Positions 40,865 to 50,312 of a stretch of DNA of 64,000 nt are shown here, in pieces. A program made the translations under genes and the position numbers. The DNA comes from Armatimonadota bacterium (GTDB lineage: Bacteria; Armatimonadota; UBA5829; DSUL01). Each line of letters begins with the position of its first letter. Within the stretch, counting starts at the first letter, position 1. The stretch spans positions 128,001 to 192,000 of the forward strand of contig JBDHZC010000003.1 in NCBI GenBank assembly GCA_039811685.1. The letters run 5' to 3'. The notes below the pieces were generated by a model. It saw only the letters and a program-made list of their open reading frames with translations. It ran no database searches and had not been told where the DNA came from.

Positions 40865-40893
40865 TTGACCGTTTCGCGCCATTTTGGCATAAT
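40865..40893 (+). promoter_or_regulatory. Sigma70-type promoter of the tRNA gene
   Basis: TTGACC-17 nt-CATAAT. Confidence 0.7.
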
Positions 40894-40947
40894 ACCGTTC
40901 GGTACACGCAGCGTCATGTCCTTTTGCGTTGCCCACAAGAGTTTCGT

Positions 40948-41023
40948 TGCCGGATAGTTTAGTTGGCAGAACGCCTGACTCTGGATCAGGAGGTCCTAGG
41001 TTCGAGTCCTAGTCCGGCAGCCA
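40948..41023 (+). tRNA. tRNA-Gln (anticodon CTG)
   Basis: Acceptor stem TGCCGGA/TCCGGCA, anticodon arm CCTGA-CTCTGGA-TCAGG, T-loop GGTTCGAGTCC, encoded CCA. Confidence 0.97.
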
Positions 41024-41320
41024 ATTTCATCTGGTCGGTTTTCCCGGCTTCAGCTACATCCCCAAAGCAACAGTACACCGGCTGGCGGGGCGCTTGTCGC
41101 TTCCAGTGCTGGCCGTTCTCTGAAAACACCTGCAGCTTTCTGCCGAGGGCTCTTCGCAACTCCAGCAGCCTTCGTTGAAGCAAACTCTCACGGGTAGGCT
41201 TCAGCCCCTGCGTTTGACGGTTCGGTTCTTGCGGGAAACATCTATTGCGTCTGCCGTGGATTCCGCGCGACGCTCCAGTATTGTGCTCCGGCGTTTCTTC
41301 GCAGAAAGCTATGTTTAGTT

Positions 41321-41548
41321 ATGAAAGACAGGCTCATCTCGCTACCCGCCAGCATTCGTAATCGCCTTCCGTCCCAGGCTCGTGAGATTTACCAGGCTGT
41401 GTTTACCAGTCTGTTGAGTGATCCCTCATTTGCGGACAGTATGGCTGATCCTGCATTGAGAATTGAAAAAGCGCACCAGGTGGCTGTCCAGATTGTCCGT
41501 GGTGAGTACAGTCCGGAAGAAACGCCGTCTGCCTCAGAAGATACCTGA
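41321..41548 (+). CDS. chaB: ChaB family protein
   Basis: Pattern LPASIRNRLPSQAREIY...F...AHQVA...V...Y. Confidence 0.75.
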   Translation: MKDRLISLPASIRNRLPSQAREIYQAVFTSLLSDPSFADSMADPALRIEKAHQVAVQIVRGEYSPEETPSASEDT

Positions 41549-41774
41549 GACGTTTCACTGGCAGGATATGTTCGAAACTTCAGTCCGAAAGAGCGCATTG
41601 CATCGAGCCTCGCTTCAAAGCTCTCAACTACCTTACCATTCTCCTGCTATATCCCACGCAAGCGCATTCGATAGGAACAGTCAGCCCTCTTTGAAGCGAT
41701 GCGCGACGTGTCTCCTGTTGGTCACGTCCTTCTAGAAAGCAGGAGCGGCGCCTCGTCGCATACAAGAGAGCGGC

Positions 41775-42170
41775 ATGAGCAAGACGCTGCTTTCACTTCT
41801 TCCTTTGCTGCCGTGCGTGTTTCTTGGCGCACTGGGCCAGTTGCTGATCAAACAGGGTGTGCAGAGCATAAAATCGGCTGCGGGACACGACCTCACGATA
41901 GGGATGATGTTGAGTCACCCAACGCTCGTCGTCTTCAACTGGGCGATTGTTGGCGGATTTGTCGCCTATGGTCTGAGCTCTGCGTTCTGGCTGACGCTGG
42001 CCTCCAAGTTTCCACTTACCTACATCTACCCGATGGTCGCTCTGACCTATGTTCTCGTCGTGCTCGCCTCTGTTGTGTTCAACCGGGAGCCGGCGAACCT
42101 GTTCACCTGGCTCTCTCTGGGACTGATCGTCGCAGGCGTGTCGCTTCTTGCCGGTGCAGGCGGCAAATAG
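41775..42170 (+). CDS. Small EamA/ArnE-ArnF-like 4-TM transporter or flippase subunit
   Basis: Motifs GQLLIKQG and W...PLTYIYPMVALTYV. Confidence 0.8.
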   Translation: MSKTLLSLLPLLPCVFLGALGQLLIKQGVQSIKSAAGHDLTIGMMLSHPTLVVFNWAIVGGFVAYGLSSAFWLTLASKFPLTYIYPMVALTYVLVVLASVVFNREPANLFTWLSLGLIVAGVSLLAGAGGK

Positions 42171-42188
42171 TCTCTCGCAGATGACTTT

Positions 42189-42752
42189 TCAGCGCCCCAT
42201 CAGATCGCAAGTGGCCAGAGTCTGGACTGGATCCAGGGTCAAGAGTGAAACTGATTCAACCGTGCCGGAGATATGCGGGCACAGATCGAGGACAATCTCC
42301 AGCGCCCGCCCGGCGGCATAGGGCGTCAGGTCCTCAGCAAGCGTGCAGTGTGGCGCCCAGATATCCGGTAGATAATAGGCCCAGGGGCGGTAGGCGATAT
42401 CCCGGAAGCGTTCGTGGAACTCCCGGTGGAGCCGGTAAAGATCGTCCGTCATCGCAGGCGCCAGAAAAACAGTTGCAGGCTTCTTCAGGAAGGCCCCGAC
42501 TTGCGACAGTTGGATGACCTGTGCGGGCTTCTCCTCTGCCCACTGGGTCAATCGAGCGATGAATTGCTCGCGCCGGATATCCTCGTAGACCGCTACCGTG
42601 ATGTAAGGCCGTGTGGCTTCAAGGACGCTGTCGTCAACCAGACCAGCCAGAGCGATCTCACCCGAAAGATGGCGCAGGGCCAGTTCTGCGGCGACGTTCA
42701 TATGCAGCTTGACGGCGTATGGCAAGAGGCTTCTCCAGACTGCCTCGAGCAT
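42189..42752 (-). CDS. 2H phosphoesterase (2'-5' RNA ligase-like) family protein
   Basis: Motifs RPYITV (His replaced by Tyr) and W.PHCTL. Confidence 0.75.
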   Translation of the reverse strand: MLEAVWRSLLPYAVKLHMNVAAELALRHLSGEIALAGLVDDSVLEATRPYITVAVYEDIRREQFIARLTQWAEEKPAQVIQLSQVGAFLKKPATVFLAPAMTDDLYRLHREFHERFRDIAYRPWAYYLPDIWAPHCTLAEDLTPYAAGRALEIVLDLCPHISGTVESVSLLTLDPVQTLATCDLMGR

Positions 42753-42798
42753 GCGTCAATATTGCCTGAATCGCCACCCACGTTCGCGTGCTCTCGCG

Positions 42799-42990
42799 TC
42801 AGGTACCGACTTCATAACCTGTACCATTGCACTGCGAGCACTCGCCAGTCCCGTCGCACGAAGGACATCTGTCGTCTATGAAGTCCTCAGGCTCACTTGA
42901 TTCAGCCGGAGTTGGATCCTTGTAGACGAGTTTTCCTGTGCCACCGCACGAAACACAGACGCCTGTTCCTGAACACACGCTGCAGACCAT
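42799..42990 (-). CDS. Small stand-alone DnaJ-type zinc-finger protein
   Basis: Four CxxCxGTG motifs in 63 aa; AAAGAGG ribosome-binding site. Confidence 0.8.
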   Translation of the reverse strand: MVCSVCSGTGVCVSCGGTGKLVYKDPTPAESSEPEDFIDDRCPSCDGTGECSQCNGTGYEVGT

Positions 42991-43227
42991 TTCAGATGAG
43001 ACCTCTTTCCTGAGCAGCTTTCCTTTTGTGTCATTGTTCCCACAGATGGATGCCGGACACTCGCACAGAGCGCACAATAAGTCTGGACCCTCAAAGCTGA
43101 GGATAACGCAAACTGAGAAAAAACATGTGACTCGAGCACTCTGGTATGCTAAAATGGGCCGAAAGCTAGGGATGGCTGGGACGGACACCGGAGGTGTCTG
43201 CCGTGTCCCGCAGGATTGCACATCTTA

Positions 43228-44010
43228 ATGGTGATTGATCTCAGACAAGAGGCCGCGCCCAACTCAGGTTTCATGGTCACTCTTCAAAAGTTCGAGGGTC
43301 CGCTCGATCTTCTGCTGCAGATGATTCGCAGCCAGGAGATTGACATCTACGACATCCCCATCGCAAGCGTCACAGACCAGTATCTGTTCCACTTGCGCGC
43401 GATGGAGGAGATGGATCTGGATGTCGCCAGCGAGTACCTCGTCATGGCTGCGACGCTCATCGAGATCAAGAGCCGCTTTCTGCTCCCGAAGCCTCCCGCG
43501 CCGGAGCAGGAAGAAGGACCGGATCCACGAGATGAGCTGGTTCGCCGCCTTCTGGAGTATGAGAAGTACCGTCAGGTAGCCGATCTCCTGCACGGGCACG
43601 AAGATGCGCAGAGGCTGCTGCATGCCCGCACCGTTGAGCTGGACCCCGATGATTTGCCCGCAGTGCCGTCATCTTCCGTGACCACGCTCGATCTTCTAAG
43701 CGCGCTAAAGCGGGTGCTTCAGAACGTGGGAGACGTTGTTACTGCGCCAGTTACGACGATCCCCAGACAGAAGATTACGCTGCGCATGAAGATGGCGGAA
43801 ATGATGCGGCGCGTGCATGAGTCTGGATCACGCATACCGTTTTCGCAGCTCTTCGCGGCGGAGCGCACCCGGCCCGATATAGTGATGGCATTTCTTGCGC
43901 TGCTCGAGTTGATGCGCCAGTTCAAGATAGTCGCGGAGCAGGATCAGCAGTTTGGAGAGATTTTTATTTCGCCAGCCGTGCAGGTTGAACAGAAGGCGCT
44001 TGCTCAGTGA
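43228..44010 (+). CDS. scpA: Segregation and condensation protein A
   Basis: Motifs FEGPLDLLL, AATLIEIKS.FLLP and FLALLEL. Confidence 0.95.
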   Translation: MVIDLRQEAAPNSGFMVTLQKFEGPLDLLLQMIRSQEIDIYDIPIASVTDQYLFHLRAMEEMDLDVASEYLVMAATLIEIKSRFLLPKPPAPEQEEGPDPRDELVRRLLEYEKYRQVADLLHGHEDAQRLLHARTVELDPDDLPAVPSSSVTTLDLLSALKRVLQNVGDVVTAPVTTIPRQKITLRMKMAEMMRRVHESGSRIPFSQLFAAERTRPDIVMAFLALLELMRQFKIVAEQDQQFGEIFISPAVQVEQKALAQ

Positions 44011-44684
44011 CTGATTCCAGCGAGATTCGGCGGGCAGTGGAGTGTTTGCTGTTTGTGAGTGGCGCTCCGCTGGGGACCAGAGACCTGGCGCTGGCTCTGG
44101 AGTGCGAGGAGGCCTCAGTCGTAAGCGCGGCGGAGGAGCTTGCCGCCCGGGACCCGGAAGTATCAGGCCTGCGTGTGCAGCAGGTCGCGGGCGGATGGCA
44201 GATGGTGACTCGCCCCGAATACGCCCTGGCTGTGGCGCGCTTTGTGGGTAAACGAGCGCAGAAGCTATCCAAGGCGGCGCTCGAAGCACTGGCCATTCTA
44301 GCCTACAATCAACCCTCAACACAGCCGGAGATTGAAGCGATTCGGGGTGTGGATTCCTCCGGCGTTCTCAAGAGCCTGATTGAGCGCAATCTCGTCAAAG
44401 AAGCCGGTCGCAGAGATGGTCCCGGACGCCCAATACTCTACGAGACGACCGACGGTTTTCTTGTGTATTTCGGTCTGAACTCGTTGGATGACCTGCCAGA
44501 TCAGAGCGTGCTGGAGAGCATGCTCGCAGAAACTCAGTCCCGCGTGGAAGAGCGCGCTGACGAGCAGTTTCCGGCTTCCACTGATGGAAACGATAGTGTC
44601 AGTGGTGGGCAGGAACAGGCGCAGGGAGTTGAGGAGACTCTGCATATTTCGGAAGGCTTCGAGCCGGAAGTCGTGGAAAGGTAG
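44007..44684 (+). CDS. scpB: Segregation and condensation protein B
   Basis: Motifs LSKAALEALAILAYNQP, IRGVDS and GRPILYETT. Confidence 0.95.
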   Translation: MTDSSEIRRAVECLLFVSGAPLGTRDLALALECEEASVVSAAEELAARDPEVSGLRVQQVAGGWQMVTRPEYALAVARFVGKRAQKLSKAALEALAILAYNQPSTQPEIEAIRGVDSSGVLKSLIERNLVKEAGRRDGPGRPILYETTDGFLVYFGLNSLDDLPDQSVLESMLAETQSRVEERADEQFPASTDGNDSVSGGQEQAQGVEETLHISEGFEPEVVER

Positions 44685-44705
44685 CTGCAATCCAGGCCAC
44701 TTTAG

Positions 44706-46046
44706 ATGCAGCAGATCATCAGTAAATCCAGTCTTACAGTAGGGCTATTTCTGTGCGCCTTTCAGGTTTTTTGTATGCGCTTGAGCGCCGGAGCCGCTAA
44801 TGCCACAGTGTCTCCACCATCCTCACCAGCATCAGTTTTTCAATCGCCTGCGCAGTCTCCGCATAATCCGAAAGCCGCAGAGGCTGTACCGGGTCTTCCT
44901 GCGCCTCCAGCAGTCAAAGCCGCTTCTGCCATTCTGGTAGATGCTGTGACCGGACAGGTCATCTTCGCGAAGAACGAGCACACGCGTCGTCCGAATGCCA
45001 GCACCACCAAAGTAATGACTGTGCTTCTCGCCCTGGAGCACGGGAAACTTGACGATCAAGTTGCCGCTCCCGGGGTCGTGAAGGACATTCCGGAAAGCTC
45101 ATTCCATCTGCTTCCGGGGGAAAAGCTTTCGCTTCTTGACCTGCTCTACGCCGCGTGTGTCCGTTCTGCCAACGACGCGGCCTGGGCGATAGCCGAGCAC
45201 GTCGGCGGGACCGTCCCGAAGTTTGTGGAGATGATGAACGCGCGCGCCCGTGAAATTGGCATGAAGGATACGCAGTTCAAGAACCCCAACGGTCTCAACG
45301 CTCCCGGACACTACTCCAGCGCCTACGATCTTGCGCTGCTGACGCGCGAAGCCATAAAGACGCCGCTGTTCAACGAGCTTGTGAACACGCGCAGCATCAC
45401 CATTGATCGCTCATCGAGTCAGGACAAACTCCTTAGAGCGCGCTCCAAGTTTTTGCTTCACTATCCCGGTGCGGACGGCATCAAGTCCGGGTACACCCGG
45501 CAGGCTGGCCACTGCTACATCGGCGCGGCTACGGAAAACGGATGGCGGCTGATCTCAGTTGTCTTGAAGAGCTCAAGTGCCGGCGAGGACACCAAAGCTC
45601 TGATGAGCTATGGTTTCAAGCACTTTGAGCGTCTGCAGCTGGCCAAAGCTGGCGCGCGCTACACTGAGGTGGAAGTGCCCAATGCCCACCCTGAGAAACT
45701 CCCGCTGATTCTCCAGGACGATCTGAGCGTGGTTGCTCCAAAGGGCCGCTCCAAATCTGTGAAAACGCGTTTGGATATCGCGTACGTTCGCCCTCCCATT
45801 AACAAGGGCGATGTCGTGGGCTATGCCGTAGCATCCGGTGGGTCCAGTGAGGTGCGGGTCCCACTTCTCGCTGCCGAAGACGCCCGGGAAGCCAGAAACA
45901 ACCTCCTCGGATTTCTTGCCGTCGGCGCCTGTCTTCCTCTCGGTTATGCCGGAATCAGGCGGGCTGCCTCAGATCGCCGCGCTCGTGGAGGGCGAAGGGC
46001 GTCAGAGTTGGACCTCAACACTCTGCTGAAAAACGATCGCGCCTAG
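44706..46046 (+). CDS. D-alanyl-D-alanine carboxypeptidase (peptidase S11)
   Basis: Motifs ASTTK, SAND and KSG; PBP5-like C-terminal domain and TM anchor. Confidence 0.92.
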   Translation: MQQIISKSSLTVGLFLCAFQVFCMRLSAGAANATVSPPSSPASVFQSPAQSPHNPKAAEAVPGLPAPPAVKAASAILVDAVTGQVIFAKNEHTRRPNASTTKVMTVLLALEHGKLDDQVAAPGVVKDIPESSFHLLPGEKLSLLDLLYAACVRSANDAAWAIAEHVGGTVPKFVEMMNARAREIGMKDTQFKNPNGLNAPGHYSSAYDLALLTREAIKTPLFNELVNTRSITIDRSSSQDKLLRARSKFLLHYPGADGIKSGYTRQAGHCYIGAATENGWRLISVVLKSSSAGEDTKALMSYGFKHFERLQLAKAGARYTEVEVPNAHPEKLPLILQDDLSVVAPKGRSKSVKTRLDIAYVRPPINKGDVVGYAVASGGSSEVRVPLLAAEDAREARNNLLGFLAVGACLPLGYAGIRRAASDRRARGGRRASELDLNTLLKNDRA

Positions 46047-46087
46047 GACACAAGCCCACTGCGCCCGGATAGCGCATAATTGTCTAC

Positions 46088-46867
46088 ATGCAGGAGCGAT
46101 TGCAGAAGATACTGGCGAGTGCAGGTCTGGGCAGCCGACGGGAATGTGAGAAGCTCATTCAGGACGGTCACGTGCGCGTGAATGGCGAGATCGTGCGCGA
46201 ACTTGGCGTGCGCGCAGATCCGGATGAGGATGTTATCGCTGTTGGTCGCAGAGCCATACACGCCAGAAAGCTCTCCTACATCGCGATGTACAAACCGCGC
46301 GGCTATGTCTCTACGCGCAGAGACCCTCATGCGACGCGGACTTTGATGGATCTGCTTCCGGAGAAGCTGCGCCATCTTAATCCTGTTGGACGGCTGGACG
46401 CCGCCAGTGAGGGACTCATTCTTTTCACCAACGATGGGGAGCTGGCCAACCGCCTGACGCATCCGCGCTTCGAAGTCACCAAGACATACCGGGCTACTAT
46501 TCGGGGTGTTGTCTCGGATGAGGATATTAAGCGTCTTGCTGAAGGTGTTGAACTGGACGACGGGCTCACGCTGCCTGCGCGCGTTGAGCTAACTGTACGC
46601 GATAAGGAGAAAGAGCGCACGCGCGTGGCGTTGACTATTCGTGAAGGACGCAACCGTCAGATCAGGCGGATGTTCGAGGCGCTTGGGTACGAAGTTGCGC
46701 GTCTCGTTCGCGTTCAGCTTGGGCCTGTCAGTCTGGCGGATCTGCGGCCGGGTCAGATCAGAGACTTGACGGACGAAGAGATGTCCTTGTTGAACAAACT
46801 GAAGGCGCAACCGGCGCAGTCGAGCAAACTCAACCCTGCGGACGCAGCTCGGGAGTCAGGCGCTTGA
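46088..46867 (+). CDS. rluB: 23S rRNA pseudouridine synthase (RluB/RsuA family)
   Basis: S4 domain ERLQKILA; motifs VGRLD and EGRNRQIRRM; synteny with scpAB. Confidence 0.9.
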   Translation: MQERLQKILASAGLGSRRECEKLIQDGHVRVNGEIVRELGVRADPDEDVIAVGRRAIHARKLSYIAMYKPRGYVSTRRDPHATRTLMDLLPEKLRHLNPVGRLDAASEGLILFTNDGELANRLTHPRFEVTKTYRATIRGVVSDEDIKRLAEGVELDDGLTLPARVELTVRDKEKERTRVALTIREGRNRQIRRMFEALGYEVARLVRVQLGPVSLADLRPGQIRDLTDEEMSLLNKLKAQPAQSSKLNPADAARESGA

Positions 46868-47790
46868 CTCTACCCTGGACCAGGCTCAGCGCTCTTGACG
46901 CCGGCCGTCGCGTAGTTCAGACGCTGGCAGCCGTCCTCGTTGTCGCTGTAGTACAAGGTTGCGTATCCCGGTCTAGTTCCCCCGGTGTCAGGACGTCGTC
47001 CGAGACTAACGCAGCGCCTAAGCGCATCGTTTCTCTGTCACCCAGTACCACAGAAGTTCTGTATGCCCTGGGTCTTGGCAGCCGTGTCGTTGGTGTCACT
47101 AAGCAGTGCAACTTTCCACCTGAGGCAAGGTCCAGACCAAAAGTCGGCGACGTCAACATCAGTGTGGAGGCTGTTCTTGCCCTCAAACCTGATCTTGTTG
47201 TGGGCCATGCTCTTCTGAACCGGCAACCACTTGAAGCGCTCAGAAAAGCCGGAATCCGCACGGCCGAGATGAATCCTGTAAGCTGGCGAGAAGTTGGGGA
47301 TGAAATTGAGAGTCTTGGTAAAGTCTGTGGAGCGCCGGACCGGGGAGCTGTCATCCGAGCTCAGATGGACACCGCTTACACTGAGGTTCAGCGCAGGTAT
47401 GCTGGCAAGAAGGCGCGGCCTCTGGTGCTTTTCGCCGTCCAGGGCAATCCGGTCTGGGCGGCAGGACCGAAGACCTTTGTTGATGACATGATCACTGTCG
47501 CCGGCGGCGTGAACGTTGCGCACGATGCGAGCCCCGGCTTCAACCACCTGTCCCAGGAACTCACCGCGAAATATCAGCCAGACTTCATTTTTGTCACTGA
47601 TACAGCAGCCAGAAAAGACATTTTGAACTCGCCTTTGTGGAAAAGAGCTCCTGCAGTTCGACGTGGGAAAGTGTTCCAGGTAGATCCGGATCTCTATCTC
47701 CGCCCCGCGCCGAGACTTGTGGATGGCCTGCGCCAGATGGCTCGGGAGATTGGCCCAGCGCACTCTGCAGGGAGCAGCCTGCAGCCGTGA
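46864..47790 (+). CDS. btuF: Cobalamin/iron-chelate ABC transporter binding lipoprotein
   Basis: Lipobox VQGC; motifs RIVSLSPSTTE and RPAPRLVDG. Confidence 0.8.
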   Translation: MTLPWTRLSALDAGRRVVQTLAAVLVVAVVQGCVSRSSSPGVRTSSETNAAPKRIVSLSPSTTEVLYALGLGSRVVGVTKQCNFPPEARSRPKVGDVNISVEAVLALKPDLVVGHALLNRQPLEALRKAGIRTAEMNPVSWREVGDEIESLGKVCGAPDRGAVIRAQMDTAYTEVQRRYAGKKARPLVLFAVQGNPVWAAGPKTFVDDMITVAGGVNVAHDASPGFNHLSQELTAKYQPDFIFVTDTAARKDILNSPLWKRAPAVRRGKVFQVDPDLYLRPAPRLVDGLRQMAREIGPAHSAGSSLQP

Positions 47791-48839
47791 CTAACTCGAG
47801 CAGACTTGGGCACAGGATGCTGGTAGCCGGTGTTGTCCTGCTCGTGGCACTTTTCGTATGCATTGCCATAGCCCTGCGAGTTGGCGCTGTCGGGATTGGC
47901 TACGGTGAGATTCTGCGCGAGATCGGGCAAAGTCTCTGGAATGTCCTCACGCGTCACCACGACGACTCCACAAGCATAATCTTTGACCTCCGTCTGCCTC
48001 GCATTTTGCTGGCCGCATTCACGGGTGCGGTGCTGGCGGCCGGAGGGGCCGCTCTACAGGGACTTCTTGGTAACCCCCTTGCTGAGCCTTACACCGTTGG
48101 AGTGTCTTCGGGCTGTGTCCTCGGCGCCAGTATGGCGGTTGTGCTGGGGTGGGACAGCTCTGGCGCAGGGTGGATAATACCGCTGTGCGCATTCGGGACG
48201 GGAGTAGTTGCGGTCGCCCTGGTGTTTGCCTTTGCCCGTCGCGCGGGCCGTGTGGACGTGAACACGTTTTTGTTGTCCGGAATTATCGTGGGGGCGCTTT
48301 TCTGGGCGATTACGACTTTTCTGCTGACCGCCCGCACCGATGATCTGGGACGCGTCTTCATCTGGTTTGCAGGGAGCTTTGAGACGCCGTCTCCGTGGGG
48401 CTATCTTGCTATGGTTGACCGGGCGGCCGTGGTCACGCTGGGCGGCCTTTACTGGTTCTCCCGCGATTTGAACGCCTATGCGCTGGGAGAGGAAACGGCG
48501 CGGCAGCTCGGAGTAGAGCCGGAACGTCTGAAAGCTTGGGTGATTGGGCTGGTCACTTTTGGCACAGCGGTGACTGTCGCTTCAGCCGGCGTAATCGGCT
48601 TTGTCGGGCTTCTTGTGCCGCACGCCATGCGCCGGGTGCTGGGAGCAGATCACCGGATGCTGTTGGTGACCAGCGCGCTTGGCGGAGCGTGCCTGCTGGT
48701 GCTTGCTGACGCGCTGGCTCGTGGATTGGCGCCGCCTAGAGAGATTCCCGTAGGTGTCATCACAGCGGCAGTGGGGGCGCCAGTGTTCCTCTACATTCTG
48801 ACCAGAGGAAGCCGCAAGGCCGCGCAGGACAGGCCGTGA
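47787..48839 (+). CDS. btuC: FecCD/BtuC family permease
   Basis: Motifs LRLPRIL, GNPLAEP, IGFVGL.VPH and EIPVGVIT; GTG start overlaps the btuF stop. Confidence 0.85.
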   Translation: MTNSSRLGHRMLVAGVVLLVALFVCIAIALRVGAVGIGYGEILREIGQSLWNVLTRHHDDSTSIIFDLRLPRILLAAFTGAVLAAGGAALQGLLGNPLAEPYTVGVSSGCVLGASMAVVLGWDSSGAGWIIPLCAFGTGVVAVALVFAFARRAGRVDVNTFLLSGIIVGALFWAITTFLLTARTDDLGRVFIWFAGSFETPSPWGYLAMVDRAAVVTLGGLYWFSRDLNAYALGEETARQLGVEPERLKAWVIGLVTFGTAVTVASAGVIGFVGLLVPHAMRRVLGADHRMLLVTSALGGACLLVLADALARGLAPPREIPVGVITAAVGAPVFLYILTRGSRKAAQDRP

Positions 48840-50125
48840 GCGCTCAATTGGAAATCCGCAAAGTCGCCGCGGGATACAACCGCGCGCATCCTGTTCTGAA
48901 GGATGTCTCACTGCAGCTTGAGCGCGGGCGCTTCATTGGGCTGGTCGGGCCAAACGGGAGTGGAAAGAGCACGCTTGTGCGCACCGCCAGCCGCGGTGTG
49001 AAGCCGCTGCGTGGACGGGTGCTGTTGGCGGGAAAGGACATCTGGAGCTACTCAGCCAGGGATTTCGCCAGACGCGTTGCGGTTGTCCCTCAGGAGATCA
49101 GTGTCCCTTTTGATCTGAGTTGTCTCGAAATCGTACTTCTTGGAAGACACCCTCACGTTGGTCGCCTGCATCTGGAGACTGTAGAAGATGAGTCTGTGGC
49201 TCTGAGCGCTCTGGACGTAGTTGGAGTCTTGCCACTGGCGTCACGCTCAATTCGTGAAGTTTCCGGGGGCGAGCGCCAGCGAGTCACGATCGCCAAAGCT
49301 CTGGCGCAGGTGCCGGAAGTGCTGCTTCTGGATGAACCAACCGCGCATCTGGATGTCGCCCAGCAGACGGCAATTCTCTCCCTGGTCGCTGATTTATCTC
49401 GTGAGCGGGGAATTGCGGTGCTGGCCGTTCTGCACGATTTGAACCTTGCTGCTACGTGGTGCGAGCAGATTGCCGTCATGGACAGCGGTCGGATTGTGGA
49501 GCAGGGCGCCCCGCAGGACGTGGTGACTGAATCTTTGCTGGCAAAGGTCTGGCAGGCTCGGATGTGGGTGCGCCGCAATCCCATGACCGGGCGGCCTTAT
49601 ATGCTTCCGATGCCGCCTCTGTTCGAGCCGGATAGATCTGACGAAGGCGCGCCCACGGTGCATGTTGTCTGTGGAGGTGGAAGCGGCGGGCCGGTCCTGA
49701 CAATGTTGATGAGCGAAGGATACCGCGTTACGTGTGGCGTTGTAAATATCGGGGACAGCGACGAAGAATTGTGTCGCGCGATGAACATCCCCCATGTTGC
49801 CGAAGCGCCGTTCTCGCCTATCTCTCCGCCTCGCGCCGCTGCCAACCTCAAGATGGCGCTGGATGCAGATGCCATTGTGCTGACGGACTTCTGCCTTGGG
49901 CCGGGCAATGTTGACAACCTGCGTGTCGTTATGGAGGCGCTGAAGGACTACAAACGGGTCATCAGCCTCAAATCCAGTGACAGCGATAGTGGAGCGGAAA
50001 CAGCGCAGGACTACACGGACGGTCAGGGAAGCCAGTGGCTGGCGGCCATCCGGGAACAGGCTCAGGTCGTCTCAAATCCTCCGGCTGTACTCGATGCTCT
50101 GCGTGCGCAGCTTGGCCGCAATTAG
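48836..50125 (+). CDS. btuD: BtuD/FepC-type ABC ATPase with C-terminal extension
   Basis: Motifs GPNGSGKS, SGGERQR and DEPT; extra VHVVCGGGSG domain. Confidence 0.85.
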   Translation: MSAQLEIRKVAAGYNRAHPVLKDVSLQLERGRFIGLVGPNGSGKSTLVRTASRGVKPLRGRVLLAGKDIWSYSARDFARRVAVVPQEISVPFDLSCLEIVLLGRHPHVGRLHLETVEDESVALSALDVVGVLPLASRSIREVSGGERQRVTIAKALAQVPEVLLLDEPTAHLDVAQQTAILSLVADLSRERGIAVLAVLHDLNLAATWCEQIAVMDSGRIVEQGAPQDVVTESLLAKVWQARMWVRRNPMTGRPYMLPMPPLFEPDRSDEGAPTVHVVCGGGSGGPVLTMLMSEGYRVTCGVVNIGDSDEELCRAMNIPHVAEAPFSPISPPRAAANLKMALDADAIVLTDFCLGPGNVDNLRVVMEALKDYKRVISLKSSDSDSGAETAQDYTDGQGSQWLAAIREQAQVVSNPPAVLDALRAQLGRN

Positions 50126-50312
50126 CGTGCTTTCCAGCCCATGTCCGCCTAAAAGCGTACTACATCCTCACACGCAATTTGGGATCTCTCCGAGCGTTCC
50201 TTTGCAGTGTAATAATCGCGGGCTGATTGCGCGCATGCCCGTGGGCTGATATACTGAATACAGCTTTTCCACGGCCCATCGGCCGTCATCGCGGAGGAGC
50301 AAAGGAGAATCC

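Noticed and set aside
41023..43200. Integrative element at tRNA-Gln
   Set aside because: No integrase gene and no duplicated tRNA 3' end were found.
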